From Thermoanaerobaculia bacterium (GTDB lineage Bacteria; Acidobacteriota; Thermoanaerobaculia; UBA5066), in NCBI GenBank assembly GCA_038245905.1, contig JBBRRY010000013.1:7876-71875 (forward strand): a stretch of DNA of 64,000 nt, read 5' to 3'. Of the stretch, positions 35,191 through 45,827 are shown piece after piece. A program made the position numbers and the translations under genes. The stretch's first letter is position 1; the number at the start of each line of letters is the position of its first letter. The notes below the pieces were generated by a model that was given only the letters and a program-made list of their open reading frames with translations, ran no database searches and was not told the DNA's origin.

Positions 35191-38100
35191 CAATGGCCTC
35201 CGTCCGTTTCGACGGCGTTCGTGTCGAGCGCGACGAGCTCCGTGAGCTGCTCGTCCGACAGGGTCGCGATCCACTGCTCCCCGGCACCCACGATCGAGCG
35301 CGCGAGCGCCTTCTTCTCCTCGATCATCCGGTCGATGCGCTCCTCGAGCGTGCCGCGGCAGACGAACTTGTGGACCTGGACGTGCTGCGTCTGGCCGATC
35401 CGGAACGCGCGGTCGGTCGCCTGCTCCTCGACCGCGGGATTCCACCAGCGGTCCACGTGGAACACGTGCGAGGCGCGCGTCAGGTTGAGGCCCGTGCCTC
35501 CCGCGCGCAGCGATAGAACGAAGAATGGGGGCGGATCCTCGTCCTCCTGGAAGCGCCGAACCATTTCCGTCCGCGTGTGGCGGGGGACCGCGCCGTGGAG
35601 AAACAGAACCTCGCAGCCGAAGCGCTCTTTCAATTCGGCGACGAGGAGGTGGCCCATCTCGGCGAACTGCGTGAAGAGCAGGGCCGGGCTCCTCTCGGCG
35701 AGCGTCTCCTCGCACATCTCGACGAGGCGGGCGACCTTCGCCGAGCGGCCGTCGCGCCGCCCGTCCCCCAGGAACAGCGCGGGGTGGTCGCAGATCTGCT
35801 TGAGCCTGAGCAGGAGGAGGAGAATCTTCGCCTTCCGGCTCCGCCGATTCGCCCGCCCGATCCCCGAGAGCAGGGAGCGCGTCGTCGCCTTGTAGAGTGC
35901 CGCCTGTTCGCGCGTCAGGCCGACGAGCTCCTTCGTCTCGATCTTCTCGGGAAGGTCGGGAACGACGCCGGGATCGGTCTTGGCGCGGCGGAGCAGGAAC
36001 GGGCCCGTGACGTGGCGCAGGCGGGCGGCCGCGGACGGGTCGCTGTGCCGCTCGATCGGAAGCGAAAAATTGCGCCGGAAGGCTTCGTCCGTGCCGAGGA
36101 GCCCGGGGTTCAGGAAATCGAAGATGGACTTCAGCTCGGAGAGGCGGTTCTCGACGGGCGTGCCCGTGAGGGCGGCGCGGCGGTGGGCATGCAGAGAGCG
36201 CGCGGCACGCGACTGCGCGGCCGCCGGGTTCTTGATGTTCTGCGCCTCGTCGAGCGCGAGGTATTCCCAGGTGACGCCCGACAGAAGCGCGCGGTCGCGG
36301 TGCACGAGGGCATACGTCGTGACGAGGAGGTCCACCTCTTCGAGGAGTTCCTGGAACGCCGCCCCGCTCGCGCGGCCGGCTCCGTGGTGTACGACGACAC
36401 GGAGCTGCGGCGCGAAGCGTTCGGCTTCACGGACCCAGTTCTCGGCGACGGACGTGGGGCAGACGAGGAGGGACGGCCCGATGCGCTCCCCCGCATCGCG
36501 TGCCGTGAGCAGCGTGGCGAGGAACTGGATCGTCTTGCCGAGTCCCATGTCGTCCGCGAGACACGCGCCGAGGCCCCGCGAGAGCAGGAAGCGCAACCAC
36601 CCCACACCTCGCATCTGATATGGGCGTAGCGTGCCCGTCAGGCCGTGCGGCGCCGCGTATCCGGCGATCTCGCGCCGCGCGACTTCCGGGTCGAGCAGGC
36701 GGCCGACCCATCCCTCGCCCCCCACGCCGTCGATGAGCACGTCGTCGCGCTCGCTGTCGAGCCCGCCCGCGAGCCGAAGCAGCTCGCCGAGCGTCGTGCG
36801 GCCTCCGGGGCGGCGGTCCAGGAGGCGCCGCGCCCTCTCGAGGTTCTCCTTGTCGAGAAGGACCCACTCTCCCTGGATTTCGACGAGCGGAATCTGGCGC
36901 GCGGCCAGGTCCTCGAATTCGTGAGGAGTCAGGAGCGCGTCGCCCACGGCCACGCGCCAGTCGAAGTCGACGAGCGCGTCGAGGCCGAAGCGCACGACGG
37001 GCGCGTCCGCTTCGCCCGGTCCGGGCGCGCGCCCCACGAGCTTGAGGGCGACGCGTGCGAGGCTTCCGCCACCGGGCAGGCGGACGGCGATGCCGGCCTC
37101 TCCAAGGCGCGGCGCCTCGTCGGAGAGAAAGCGCCAGGCCTCGTCGGGGGACAGGATGACGCCCGAGGGATGCCGCTCTTCGAGGCTCCGGGCGACCGGC
37201 CTGGAAAGCGCCGCGGCGGTCCCGAGGCGCGCGAGGAGCACGTCCTGCGGATTCGTGAACAGGCGCCCGCGGCGCCGGATCGAACCCTCGGTCAGGGCCC
37301 AGATCTCCTCGGCTTCGAGCGAGACTTCCGGGCTCTCTCCGGATTCGAGGACGTACGCGAGTGCGAACGGGCCGCCGGCCTCGGCCGGAGGCACGACGCG
37401 GATCCCGAGCCTGAGCAGACTCTCGGGCAGCGGATCGAGGAGCGGAAGACTCCACTCCTTGAGACGCGCGAGGACGCCGGGCTCGAGCACCGAGGTGGCG
37501 GGGGCCGCGAGCGCGGCGACGACCTCGGCCTCGGGACCGTCGCCCGCGCGGCGGCGCTCTTCTGGAAGGACATCCCTGAGGACGTCGCGCGCCGCCGCAT
37601 CCACGGCGTCGTCGAGGAAGCTCAACAGCAGTCCGCGTGCGGCGGGGAGCGCGCCGTCGGGCCCGGGGCGCGTGCCCGAAGGCAGGACCGCGCGCGATAC
37701 GGGCGGCATCGCTTCGGCGAGGCGGCGCAGCCGCTCCCTCTCGTGGGCGTCGTCGAGAACCGGGCGCCAGCGCGGGTGGGCGCCGTCCGTGCCGGGCGCG
37801 ACACGCCGACGGAGCAGGAGGTCGAACACCCAGCGCGCGACTTCCGCCCAGTAGTCGAGGTCGTCGCCGGCAGACACGGAGAGGGGCCGCGCGCGGAGGG
37901 CGGCAGGGAGCGCGAGAAGCGTTTCGAGCGCGTGCGCCATCGGGAGGACGAGGGCGGGGACCTCGTACGCCCGGAGGACGGCCGTGAAGGGCGCCGTATA
38001 GTCCGCCGGCTCCCGGAGGGCCGGTGCGGACGGAACGGGACGCCCGTGCACAGCGGGGGTGGCGAGCGTGAGCGACGTGCGCTCGGCGTGCACGGAGACG

Positions 38101-38261
38101 AAGGACGTGAGGCCTTCGGTCGCCAGCGCCTCGAGGATCTCGCTTTGCTCGAGGGCGCGGGGGTGCCGGTCGCGCCCTTCGCGCGGGGTGAAGAGTCCCT
38201 CGCCCCAAAGGGCGAAACCGGATGGACGAGGGACGCCATGCAGGATGATCAAGCCGTCCAT
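35190..38261 (-). CDS. SNF2-family helicase/ATPase with an ~480-aa N-terminal domain of unknown function
   Basis: SNF2_N motifs …LRPYQMRGVGWL…ADDMGLGKTIQ…, DEAQNIKN and LTGTPVENRLSEL, followed by a helicase-C domain (…LFTQFAEMGHLL…, SLRAGGTGLNLT, …DRWWNPAVEEQATDRAFRIGQ…). Confidence 0.85.
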   Translation of the reverse strand: MDGLIILHGVPRPSGFALWGEGLFTPREGRDRHPRALEQSEILEALATEGLTSFVSVHAERTSLTLATPAVHGRPVPSAPALREPADYTAPFTAVLRAYEVPALVLPMAHALETLLALPAALRARPLSVSAGDDLDYWAEVARWVFDLLLRRRVAPGTDGAHPRWRPVLDDAHERERLRRLAEAMPPVSRAVLPSGTRPGPDGALPAARGLLLSFLDDAVDAAARDVLRDVLPEERRRAGDGPEAEVVAALAAPATSVLEPGVLARLKEWSLPLLDPLPESLLRLGIRVVPPAEAGGPFALAYVLESGESPEVSLEAEEIWALTEGSIRRRGRLFTNPQDVLLARLGTAAALSRPVARSLEERHPSGVILSPDEAWRFLSDEAPRLGEAGIAVRLPGGGSLARVALKLVGRAPGPGEADAPVVRFGLDALVDFDWRVAVGDALLTPHEFEDLAARQIPLVEIQGEWVLLDKENLERARRLLDRRPGGRTTLGELLRLAGGLDSERDDVLIDGVGGEGWVGRLLDPEVARREIAGYAAPHGLTGTLRPYQMRGVGWLRFLLSRGLGACLADDMGLGKTIQFLATLLTARDAGERIGPSLLVCPTSVAENWVREAERFAPQLRVVVHHGAGRASGAAFQELLEEVDLLVTTYALVHRDRALLSGVTWEYLALDEAQNIKNPAAAQSRAARSLHAHRRAALTGTPVENRLSELKSIFDFLNPGLLGTDEAFRRNFSLPIERHSDPSAAARLRHVTGPFLLRRAKTDPGVVPDLPEKIETKELVGLTREQAALYKATTRSLLSGIGRANRRSRKAKILLLLLRLKQICDHPALFLGDGRRDGRSAKVARLVEMCEETLAERSPALLFTQFAEMGHLLVAELKERFGCEVLFLHGAVPRHTRTEMVRRFQEDEDPPPFFVLSLRAGGTGLNLTRASHVFHVDRWWNPAVEEQATDRAFRIGQTQHVQVHKFVCRGTLEERIDRMIEEKKALARSIVGAGEQWIATLSDEQLTELVALDTNAVETDGGH

Positions 38262-38283
38262 TGTCGGTTATCCTCGGCCTCCG

Positions 38284-38805
38284 ATGAAAGCCCCCAAGTC
38301 GCACGAGCTTTTTCGCCGGATGTCGAGCGCGGAAGTGGCCGCGATCGTCGAGGCCGCGTGCGAGGACGACGAGCTTCCCGAGAAGATCGCGGGCGGCGTC
38401 CTCACGTATCAGCAGATTCCCCTCCGTCGCTTCACGAAGCTGCCCGAGGAAACGCGCTTTTCCTACGTGAGACGAACGCTGCGCGACAAACGGGCGACGG
38501 ATCTTGGCCTGTATGTCCTCTCGGCCGCCCTCACCCGGCGTCAGGCGGCTTTGATCTCGTCGTTCCTCGAGGCCCTGAAGCTGCCCCACGACGGCCCCAG
38601 CCTCACGGTGGAAGGAGCGATCCCGGCGCCGGCACAAAAGGTCCTCGCCCGCGCGGTCGACGCCCTCCTGCGCGTGCATGACGCCCGCGACGTGTCGCTC
38701 TACCTCCACGCCTTCACGTCCCAGCCCGACGTCGACTGGCCCGTCCTTGTGAAGCTGCTCGACGCGGACGAGCGTCTCGCCTTCGAAGACCGTTCGGCGA
38801 GCTAG
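38284..38805 (+). CDS. hypothetical protein (divergent from the SNF2 gene)
   Basis: A ~173-aa ORF with normal codon structure and no recognisable motif. The start was chosen at the first ATG beyond the SNF2 start; the longer upstream ORF extension would overlap SNF2. Confidence 0.4.
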   Translation: MKAPKSHELFRRMSSAEVAAIVEAACEDDELPEKIAGGVLTYQQIPLRRFTKLPEETRFSYVRRTLRDKRATDLGLYVLSAALTRRQAALISSFLEALKLPHDGPSLTVEGAIPAPAQKVLARAVDALLRVHDARDVSLYLHAFTSQPDVDWPVLVKLLDADERLAFEDRSAS

Positions 38806-38822
38806 ACGCTCGTGCAGGGGAC

Positions 38823-40349
38823 GTGAGCACGCTCTCCGCGTCCTGGGTGCGCCGGCCCGCGTTCCTCGCCGGCCTTCTCGCGCTCTTCGCCGCGGCGGGA
38901 AGCGCCTCCCTCGGGCAGCACGTGTTCGGGGGCGTCCCACACGCCGCCGACGGGATTTCATACGCGTTCCAGGGAAGGATATTCGCGGCAGGCCTCCCCT
39001 GGCTCGAGCCGCCGCCCGTTCCCGACGCGTTCAAGTCCCAGAACATTCTCCTCGACACGACGCGGTGGTGCGGGATCTATCCTCCCGGATTCCCGCTGCT
39101 CCTCGCGGCCGGATGGCTCGCTGGCGCTCCCTTCCTCGTGAATCCGGTCCTCCTCGGACTCGCGGTCTTCGGGGTCTTTCGTCTGGGAAAGGCCCTCTTC
39201 GACGAGCCGACCGGCCTCCTCGGGTCGCTTCTGCTTGCGGTGTCACCGTTCGCGCTCCTCATGGGAGCGGGATTCATGGGACATGTCGCGGGGCTATGTG
39301 TCTTCACGTGGTGCCTCGCGTTCCTCGTCGAGAGCGGCGCGAGCGGGGCCATGCGCCCGCTCGTGCTCGCGGGCTTTCTCGGGTCCTTCGGGATCGTCGT
39401 CCGCCCGCAGGCGGCGGTGTTCTTCCTGCTGCCCGCGCTGCTCGGTGTCCTCGTCCGGCGGCGGAAAGACGTCGCGCGGGCCGCCGGATGGCTCGCGCTC
39501 GGCGGTGCGGCACCTCTCGCGTTTCTTTTTGCGTACAACTTCAAGCTCTCGGGTCATCCGCTGCGCATGGCGTACCTCGTCTGGGACCCGAATCTCTCGT
39601 TCACGTACGGCCTCTCGCCGACACAGCTGTTTGCGTCCCACTTTCCATGGTTCCTCTACGACCTCAATGCGACGGTCTGGGGCTACCCGTGGGGAGACCT
39701 CCCGCTCCTCGCCCTGCTTCTGATTCCAGCGCCGCGGCGCCGGAGGGACGCGTGGCTCTTCTCATGCGTCCTTGGCCTTCTCGTCGGGTTCAGCTTCTAC
39801 CGCTTCTACGAGATCAACCATTCCGGCCCGCGGTACGCGTTCGAGGCGCTCGGCGTGCTTGCGCTCCTCGTCGCGCGGGCGATTCGTGCCGGCGGAGATA
39901 TCGGGGCGTCCCTTCTCGGGCGTCTCCGGCGCGAAGGGTTGGCCGCGGGCGCGGCCGCTCTCGTCGTGGCGTTCCTCGCGATCTTCCCTCTTGTGACACT
40001 TCTGCCCGTGCAGGCCGAAGCTCTTTCGCACGCCTATCACGCGCACACGCCCGAGCCGCTCCGGCGTCTCGCGGCGGCTGGCGTCGGGCCGTCGGCTCTC
40101 GTGCTCGTAGCCGGGAACACAGTCGAGTGGACGTACGGATCGTTTCTGCTCGCGAACGGGCTCGATCCGCGGCATGCGCCCCGCGTCTTCGTGCGGGATC
40201 TTCCGGAGAAGCGCGCCGAGCTCCTCGCGGCCTATCCCCGGAGCGAGATGTGGCGCGTGAACGTCACGCTCGAGCCGCAGCCGCATCCGAACGCATGGAT
40301 CGACAACACGTGGGACGTCGTCGACGTCGTCTGGTCCCGGCTCCGTTAG
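38823..40349 (+). CDS. polytopic membrane protein, putative GT-C-type glycosyltransferase/DUF2079-like
   Basis: About 12 TM helices across the length and no soluble domain. It loosely resembles the CDS at 3486..5408 (Gly/Ala/Leu-rich helices, short aromatic loops) but lacks the DE motif. Confidence 0.35.
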   Translation: MSTLSASWVRRPAFLAGLLALFAAAGSASLGQHVFGGVPHAADGISYAFQGRIFAAGLPWLEPPPVPDAFKSQNILLDTTRWCGIYPPGFPLLLAAGWLAGAPFLVNPVLLGLAVFGVFRLGKALFDEPTGLLGSLLLAVSPFALLMGAGFMGHVAGLCVFTWCLAFLVESGASGAMRPLVLAGFLGSFGIVVRPQAAVFFLLPALLGVLVRRRKDVARAAGWLALGGAAPLAFLFAYNFKLSGHPLRMAYLVWDPNLSFTYGLSPTQLFASHFPWFLYDLNATVWGYPWGDLPLLALLLIPAPRRRRDAWLFSCVLGLLVGFSFYRFYEINHSGPRYAFEALGVLALLVARAIRAGGDIGASLLGRLRREGLAAGAAALVVAFLAIFPLVTLLPVQAEALSHAYHAHTPEPLRRLAAAGVGPSALVLVAGNTVEWTYGSFLLANGLDPRHAPRVFVRDLPEKRAELLAAYPRSEMWRVNVTLEPQPHPNAWIDNTWDVVDVVWSRLR

Positions 40350-41029
40350 ACGGCGGCTGCCACCGCGAGGACGATCTCGCCCTTCACGCTCGGGCGCTTC
40401 GCGAGGAGAGCCGCGACCTCCATCGCGCGCCCGCGCAGAACTTCTTCGTGCATTTTCGTCAGCTCGCGCCCGAGGACGACGGGCGGGTCTCCCCACGCCC
40501 GGGCGAGCGCCTCTAGGGATTCCACGATGCGGAAGGGAGACTCGAAGAGCACGGCCGTCCCGAGGTGCACGGCATGCGACGCGTACCAGCGGTCCCGCTC
40601 ACCGCGGCGCGGCGGGGGAAAGCCGAGGAACGTGAACGGGACCGCGGGGAACCCCGAGATCGAGAGGATCGCGAGCACGGCGGACGGGCCCGGAATCGCC
40701 TCCACCTGGTGTCCCGCCGCCGCCGCGGCAGCGACGAGCCGCTCCCCCGGATCCGAGACGAGGGGCGTGCCGGCGTCCGACACGAGCGCGAGCGTTTCCC
40801 CGCGGGCCAGCCTCTCGAGCGCCTCGCCGACGCGGTGGTGCTCGTTGTGGCCGTGGCAGGAAATGCGAGGCGTCGTGAGGCCGAACCGCGCGAAGAGGTT
40901 TCCCGTGCGACGTGTGTCCTCGCAGTAGACGACGGCCGCCGATGCGAGGGCTTCCCGTGCCCGCGGCGACAGGTCGTCGAGATTCCCGATCGGTGTCGCG
41001 ACGACGAGGAGGCGGCCCATCAAGCCCAT
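40346..41029 (-). CDS. rsmI: 16S rRNA (cytidine1402-2'-O)-methyltransferase RsmI
   Basis: Tetrapyrrole-methylase fold motifs (…LLVVATPIGNLDDLS…, …VVYCEDTRRT…, …ALVSDAGTPLVSDPG…). Confidence 0.85.
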   Translation of the reverse strand: MGLMGRLLVVATPIGNLDDLSPRAREALASAAVVYCEDTRRTGNLFARFGLTTPRISCHGHNEHHRVGEALERLARGETLALVSDAGTPLVSDPGERLVAAAAAAGHQVEAIPGPSAVLAILSISGFPAVPFTFLGFPPPRRGERDRWYASHAVHLGTAVLFESPFRIVESLEALARAWGDPPVVLGRELTKMHEEVLRGRAMEVAALLAKRPSVKGEIVLAVAAAV

Positions 41030-41073
41030 TCTCTCGCGATCGCGCAGCGGGGGACGCCTGCTACGATCCGGAT

Positions 41074-41793
41074 GTGTTTCGCGGGCCGCTCGTCGCGCTC
41101 TTGTTCGCGGGCGTCACCCGGGCGGGGGCCGCCTGGAGCACCGCCCTCGAGACTCCGGCTCCCGCGGCTTCACCCGCGGCTTCCGCGACGACGCCCTCCG
41201 GGCCGGCCGTGCTCGTGGACCGCATCGCGGCGGTCGTGGGCGACGACATCATTCTCGAGGGCGAGATCCGGAAGCTCGTGGCCGTGGGGTACCTCGAACG
41301 AAAAGCCGGTGAGCTCGACACCGCCTACCGCGACCGGGTCCTCGACCAGCGCATCGTGGACCTGCTGCGCGAGAAGCAGCTCCGAAGATCGTCCGGCTTC
41401 GACCCGAAGCCCGAAGAGGTCGAAGCGCGCGTCCAGGCCCTCGAGGTGCGGCTCGCGAAGGACCGCGGCGTTCCGGCCGCGGCCGCCCTCGCGGCGGCCG
41501 GCACGACGCGCGAGGAGCTGGCCGCCTGGGTGCGCCGCGGGCTCGCGCTCGACAGCTTCGTCAAAGAGCGCCTCACGCCGGGCCTGAAGCTCACGGACGC
41601 GAACCTTCGCGCTTACTACGACACGATCTTTCGCGACGCGGCGAAGAAGCGAGGCCTGAAGGACGTGCCGCCCTTCGACGACGTCCGTGAGGAGATCCGC
41701 GAGGTCGTCCGCGAGCTCCGGCTCAACGCCGAGATCGAGCGCTGGACCGAACAGCTCCGGCGCGAGACCCGCATTCTCATTTACCGGCGCTGA
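41074..41793 (+). CDS. periplasmic SurA N-terminal-domain chaperone-like protein (no PPIase domain)
   Basis: A GTG start gives a signal peptide (FRGPLVALLFAGVTRAGAAW). Then …VDRIAAVVGDDIILEGEI… typical of the SurA_N/PpiD N-domain. Confidence 0.5.
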   Translation: MFRGPLVALLFAGVTRAGAAWSTALETPAPAASPAASATTPSGPAVLVDRIAAVVGDDIILEGEIRKLVAVGYLERKAGELDTAYRDRVLDQRIVDLLREKQLRRSSGFDPKPEEVEARVQALEVRLAKDRGVPAAAALAAAGTTREELAAWVRRGLALDSFVKERLTPGLKLTDANLRAYYDTIFRDAAKKRGLKDVPPFDDVREEIREVVRELRLNAEIERWTEQLRRETRILIYRR

Positions 41794-44142
41794 GTTTTTC
41801 GGTGCCCGCGGGCTCGGCTTTCCGGTAGAGGATCCGGTTCGCGAGGACGCGTCTTACGTATGTGCGCGTTTCCGCGTAGCTGATCGAGGCCAGGAGCGTC
41901 TCGGCGGGCGCCTTGGCTCCTCCAGACCAGAGCGCCGTCTGGCCGGCTCCGGCGTTGTAGCCCGAGGTCGCGAGAACCGCGTCGCCGTTGAAGCGGGCGA
42001 GGAGATTCTTCAGTGTGCGTGCGCCGAGGCGCAGCGAGCGCGCGGGATCATAGAGGTCGGCATAGGCGGGCGGCGTCTCGTTCAGCTCGCGCGCGGCTTC
42101 TCCGGCGGCCGGGAGCGTGAGCTGCATGAGGCCGCGCGCTGCGGCCGGAGAGGCCGCCTCGCGGTCGAATCTGCTCTCCTGCCTCATGACGGCGTAAAGG
42201 AGATCGCGCGGGACGCCGCTCTGGTCAGCCGTTTCGGCGACGAGGCGGCCGAAGGGCCTGGGCGCGAGCCCCCGGAGGATCGAGCGGGGTGCGAGGTCGA
42301 GGAGGAAGTCGTCGGGCACCATCCGGTCGAGCGCCTCGGCCGCGTCCAGAGCCGCGGGCCCGGCGTCGGCGTCCTCGGCGAGCCGCGCGGCGACGAGACA
42401 GGCGAGCGGCGTCGTGAGATGCGAGGCGTCGCGCACGATGGGCTCGGCCTCGACCGGCAGGCCGAGCTGCAGGAGGCGGCAGGCGGCGGCGTCTCCGCAG
42501 AGCGTGGGGAGGGCATCCTCCGGCAGGTCGGGCGCGAGCAGGACCTCGGCATATCCGGGGAGCGAACGGTACGCGAGCTTGAGGAGGTCGCGGGCCGCCG
42601 TGTCCCCGAGGAGGGCCGCGGGCAGAAGATGGATCCGGGCCTCCCCGGGTTTTCGGGAGGTGAGGAGCGCTTCGCCGAGCAGCCGCTCGCGGCGGAGAAA
42701 CGCGTCGCGCGAGCCGGCGGGAAGCGCGAGAATCCGCTGCGTCGCGAGCTCGCCCGCGAGCGTGAAGGGGCGGGCGGCGAGGAGGGTGGTATAGCCGGCG
42801 AGGGCGCCCGCGACGTCGCCGGCAGCCTCGGCGACGCGGCCGCGCCAGAACGAAAGCTCGCTCTTCCAGGGATCCTTCAGCCTCCCCGAGCGCGCGAGGC
42901 GCTCCACGGGAAGCAGGATTCGCCGCGCGCCGACGCCATCGCCGGCCTCGGCATGCCGCTCCATGAGATGCAGGAGGCCCTCGACGCGCCCCGCTTCTTT
43001 CGCGAGCGCGGCCCGCATGAGGATCGCCTCGGCGCCCGCGAGGTTGCCCTGGCGCATGAGAAGGCGAGCCCGCTGCAGCGCCGCGACGGCCGCGGGACCG
43101 ACGCGCCCGTTCTCCACCTGCCGGAACGCGGCCGCCGCGGCGTCGAGCTGGCCGAGCTTCTCGAGGACCGCACCCACGTTGAAGCGCACCCGCGCGAAAA
43201 ATGCGTCCGTCCCCGCAGTGTCGTCTTTCTTTCCCGTCGCGCGCCGCGGGTGGCGCGGCTGCTCGTCCAGAATCTTCCGAAACATGGCCGCCGCTTCGGC
43301 GAAACGGCCGCGCGACGCGAGGATCCTTCCGAGATCGAAGCGGGCGCCCCAGCGCGCGACGTCGCTGCCGGAGCGCGTGGCGCGTGTCTCGCGTTCCGCC
43401 GCGAGCCGCTCCGCGAGATCCAGGTCCCGCTGCGCCCGGGCGGTTTCGATGAGAAGCGGCAGCAGCCGGTCGGAAAGGTCGCGCGTTTCCTTGCCACGGA
43501 TCTCGCGGGCTAGGACGACCGCGGCCGCGTCGTCCCGTCGGGCCTCACGCAGGATCTCCTCGCGGAGCGTGGCTGCTCCGGCTTCGTCTCCGGACTGGTC
43601 GAGCGCCTCGGAGCGGAGCGCGAGGAGACGGCGTCTCTCGCGCGACGGCGCGGGAGGCCGTGCCGCGACGAGCCGGTTCAGCGCGGCGACGTCGAGGCGC
43701 GTCTCGAGCGCGTCGAGCGCGATGCGAAGAGCCCGGCGGGAAACGGCGCCTCCCTTTCGCTGGAGGAGCGGAAAGAGGAGCTCGAGCGCGCCGAGCCCGT
43801 CCCCGCCCTCGAAGCGAAGCGATCCGGCCGCGAGACGGGCCGGCACGTCAAGGAGGTCGTCGGCGGACACGTGGCGCTCGAAGAGCGCGATCGCCTCCTC
43901 GCGGGCCCCCGTCGCGGCCCGAGCGCGCGCCTCGAGATAGTCGAAGCGGCCGTCCTGATAGCGCTCGGCGGATTCCTTCTTCAGGGTGGCGAGCCGGTCG
44001 AGGACCTCGACCCATTTCCCGGCGCGCGCGGCGGCCGCGAGGTCGCGTTCGGCCGCGGCGTGGGCCGCGAGAGGCGAGGCCGGGAGGAGGATGAGGAACG
44101 CGAGGAGCAGTACGGCAGGGGCGCGGAAGCGGTCTCTCAGCC
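41777..44142 (-). CDS. soluble lytic murein transglycosylase (Slt70-like: superhelical TPR-like domain plus C-terminal SLT domain)
   Basis: SLT catalytic motif …AVMRQESRFDREAASPAAARGLMQLT…ATSGYNAG… near the C-terminus, and a long Ala/Leu/Arg-rich helical N-terminal region. A GTG at 44142 gives a signal peptide (RDRFRAPAVLLLAFLILLPASPLAAHA); the ORF's further upstream extension was rejected. Confidence 0.65.
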
Positions 44143-44493
44143 CGGCGGCCACGCGAAGGCCCGCCCGCCGAGGAGATGAAAATGAAGGTGGGAGACGCTC
44201 TGGCCGGCGTCGGCGCCGTCGTTGGTGACGACCCGATAGCTCTCGACGGAAAGAGACTGCGCGACCGCGCGAAGCGCCGCGAGGCACTCTCCGAGAAGCG
44301 CGTTGTCGGCGCCCGAGGTCTCGGAGAGGCGCGCGAGGTGCGTCTTCGGAATCACGAGGACGTGCGTCGGCGCCTTTGGGGCCACGTCGTGGAACGCGAG
44401 GACGTTCTCGTCCTCGAAGACGATTTTTGCTGGGATCTCTCTCCGGCCGATCCGGCAGAAGAGGCACGAGGGATCGGCGAAGGGTTTAATCAC
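44137..44493 (-). CDS. HIT-family (histidine triad) hydrolase
   Basis: …SHLHFHLLGG (HxHxHxx) at the C-terminus and …CLFCRI… at the N-terminus, 118 aa from the GTG at 44493. Confidence 0.75.
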   Translation of the reverse strand: MIKPFADPSCLFCRIGRREIPAKIVFEDENVLAFHDVAPKAPTHVLVIPKTHLARLSETSGADNALLGECLAALRAVAQSLSVESYRVVTNDGADAGQSVSHLHFHLLGGRAFAWPPG

Positions 44494-44500
44494 GCGACGA

Positions 44501-45787
44501 TTATCCGTCGATCCGCTCGACCGAGGCGCCGAGAGACCTGAGGCGCTCGTCCATGGCCGCATAGCCGCGGTCGAGATGATAGATCCGCCGGACGCGGGTC
44601 TCGCCCCTGGCGACGAGGCCCGCGAGCACGAGCGCCGCCGACGCCCGGAGGTCCGACGCGGTGACGGGCGCGCCCTCGAGAGACGAAGGCCCGCGCACGA
44701 TCGCCGCGCGCCCCTCGACGCGCACGTCGGCGCCGAGGCGCGCGAGCTCGACGGCGTGGAGGAAGCGGTTCTCGAAGATCGTCTCGACGAGGTGCGACGT
44801 CCCCTCGGCCTGCGTCATGAGAGCGAGGAACTGGGCCTGCAGGTCCGTCGGGAAGCCCGGGTGCGGCGCCGTCTCGATGTCGACGGCCGCGAGGGGACGC
44901 CCGCCGAAGACGCGCACGGCATCGGCCGTGACCTCGACGCCGGCTCCCGCCCGGCGGAGCGCGTCGAGGAACGCGCCCAGATCGCGCGCGCGTGCACGTG
45001 TCACGGTCACATCTCCGCCCGTGATCGCGCCGGCGGCAAGGTAGGTTCCCGCCTCGATCCGGTCGGGCACGATCGCGTGGGGCGACGGACCCGTCCCGGA
45101 GAGGCGATCGACGCCTTCGACCGTGATCGTCGCCGTGCCCGCGCCTGCGACGCGTGCGCCCATCGTCGTCAGGAGGCGCGCCGCGTCTTCCACCTCGGGC
45201 TCCGTCGCCGCGTTCTCGATGACCGTCGTGCCCTTGGCGAGGGCCGCCGCGAAGAGGACGTTCTCGGTGCCCGTCACCGTGGGCGTGGGAAAACGGATCG
45301 TCGTTCCCGTGAGCCGGCCGGTCCCGCGCCCGACGCGCGACACGTGCGCATGAATGTAGCCCTTCTCGACGGCGATCCGCGCGCCCATCGCCTCGAGTGC
45401 CATGACGTGGAGGTCCACGGGCCTCACGCCGATCGCGCATCCGCCGGGCAGCGAGACGCGCGCCTCGCCGAAGCGCGCCAGGAGCGGCCCGAGAACGAGG
45501 ATCGACGCGCGCATCGTGCGTACGAGGTCGTAAGGCGCCTCGGTCGAGGTGACGCGCGACGCGTCGAGGATCACCCGACCCGGCGCCGGCCGCTCGATTG
45601 AGACGCCCATGCCGGCGAGGAGACGGTTCATGGTGTTGACGTCCGCGAGGTCCGGCACCTCCTCGAGCGTCACGGGGTCCTCCGTGAGGAGCGCGGCGGC
45701 GAGCGCCGGCAGGGCGGCGTTCTTCGCGCCGCTGGCCCGGATGGCGCCATGGAGCCGCACGGGGCCCTTGAGAAGAAAGGCGTCCAT
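44501..45787 (-). CDS. murA: UDP-N-acetylglucosamine 1-carboxyvinyltransferase
   Basis: [27 protein letters not shown]… aligns with E. coli MurA residue by residue, 428 aa. Confidence 0.95.
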   Translation of the reverse strand: MDAFLLKGPVRLHGAIRASGAKNAALPALAAALLTEDPVTLEEVPDLADVNTMNRLLAGMGVSIERPAPGRVILDASRVTSTEAPYDLVRTMRASILVLGPLLARFGEARVSLPGGCAIGVRPVDLHVMALEAMGARIAVEKGYIHAHVSRVGRGTGRLTGTTIRFPTPTVTGTENVLFAAALAKGTTVIENAATEPEVEDAARLLTTMGARVAGAGTATITVEGVDRLSGTGPSPHAIVPDRIEAGTYLAAGAITGGDVTVTRARARDLGAFLDALRRAGAGVEVTADAVRVFGGRPLAAVDIETAPHPGFPTDLQAQFLALMTQAEGTSHLVETIFENRFLHAVELARLGADVRVEGRAAIVRGPSSLEGAPVTASDLRASAALVLAGLVARGETRVRRIYHLDRGYAAMDERLRSLGASVERIDG

Positions 45788-45827
45788 CAGGGGCGGGAGT
45801 GTAGCGGCACCGGCGTCCCGGCTCGTC

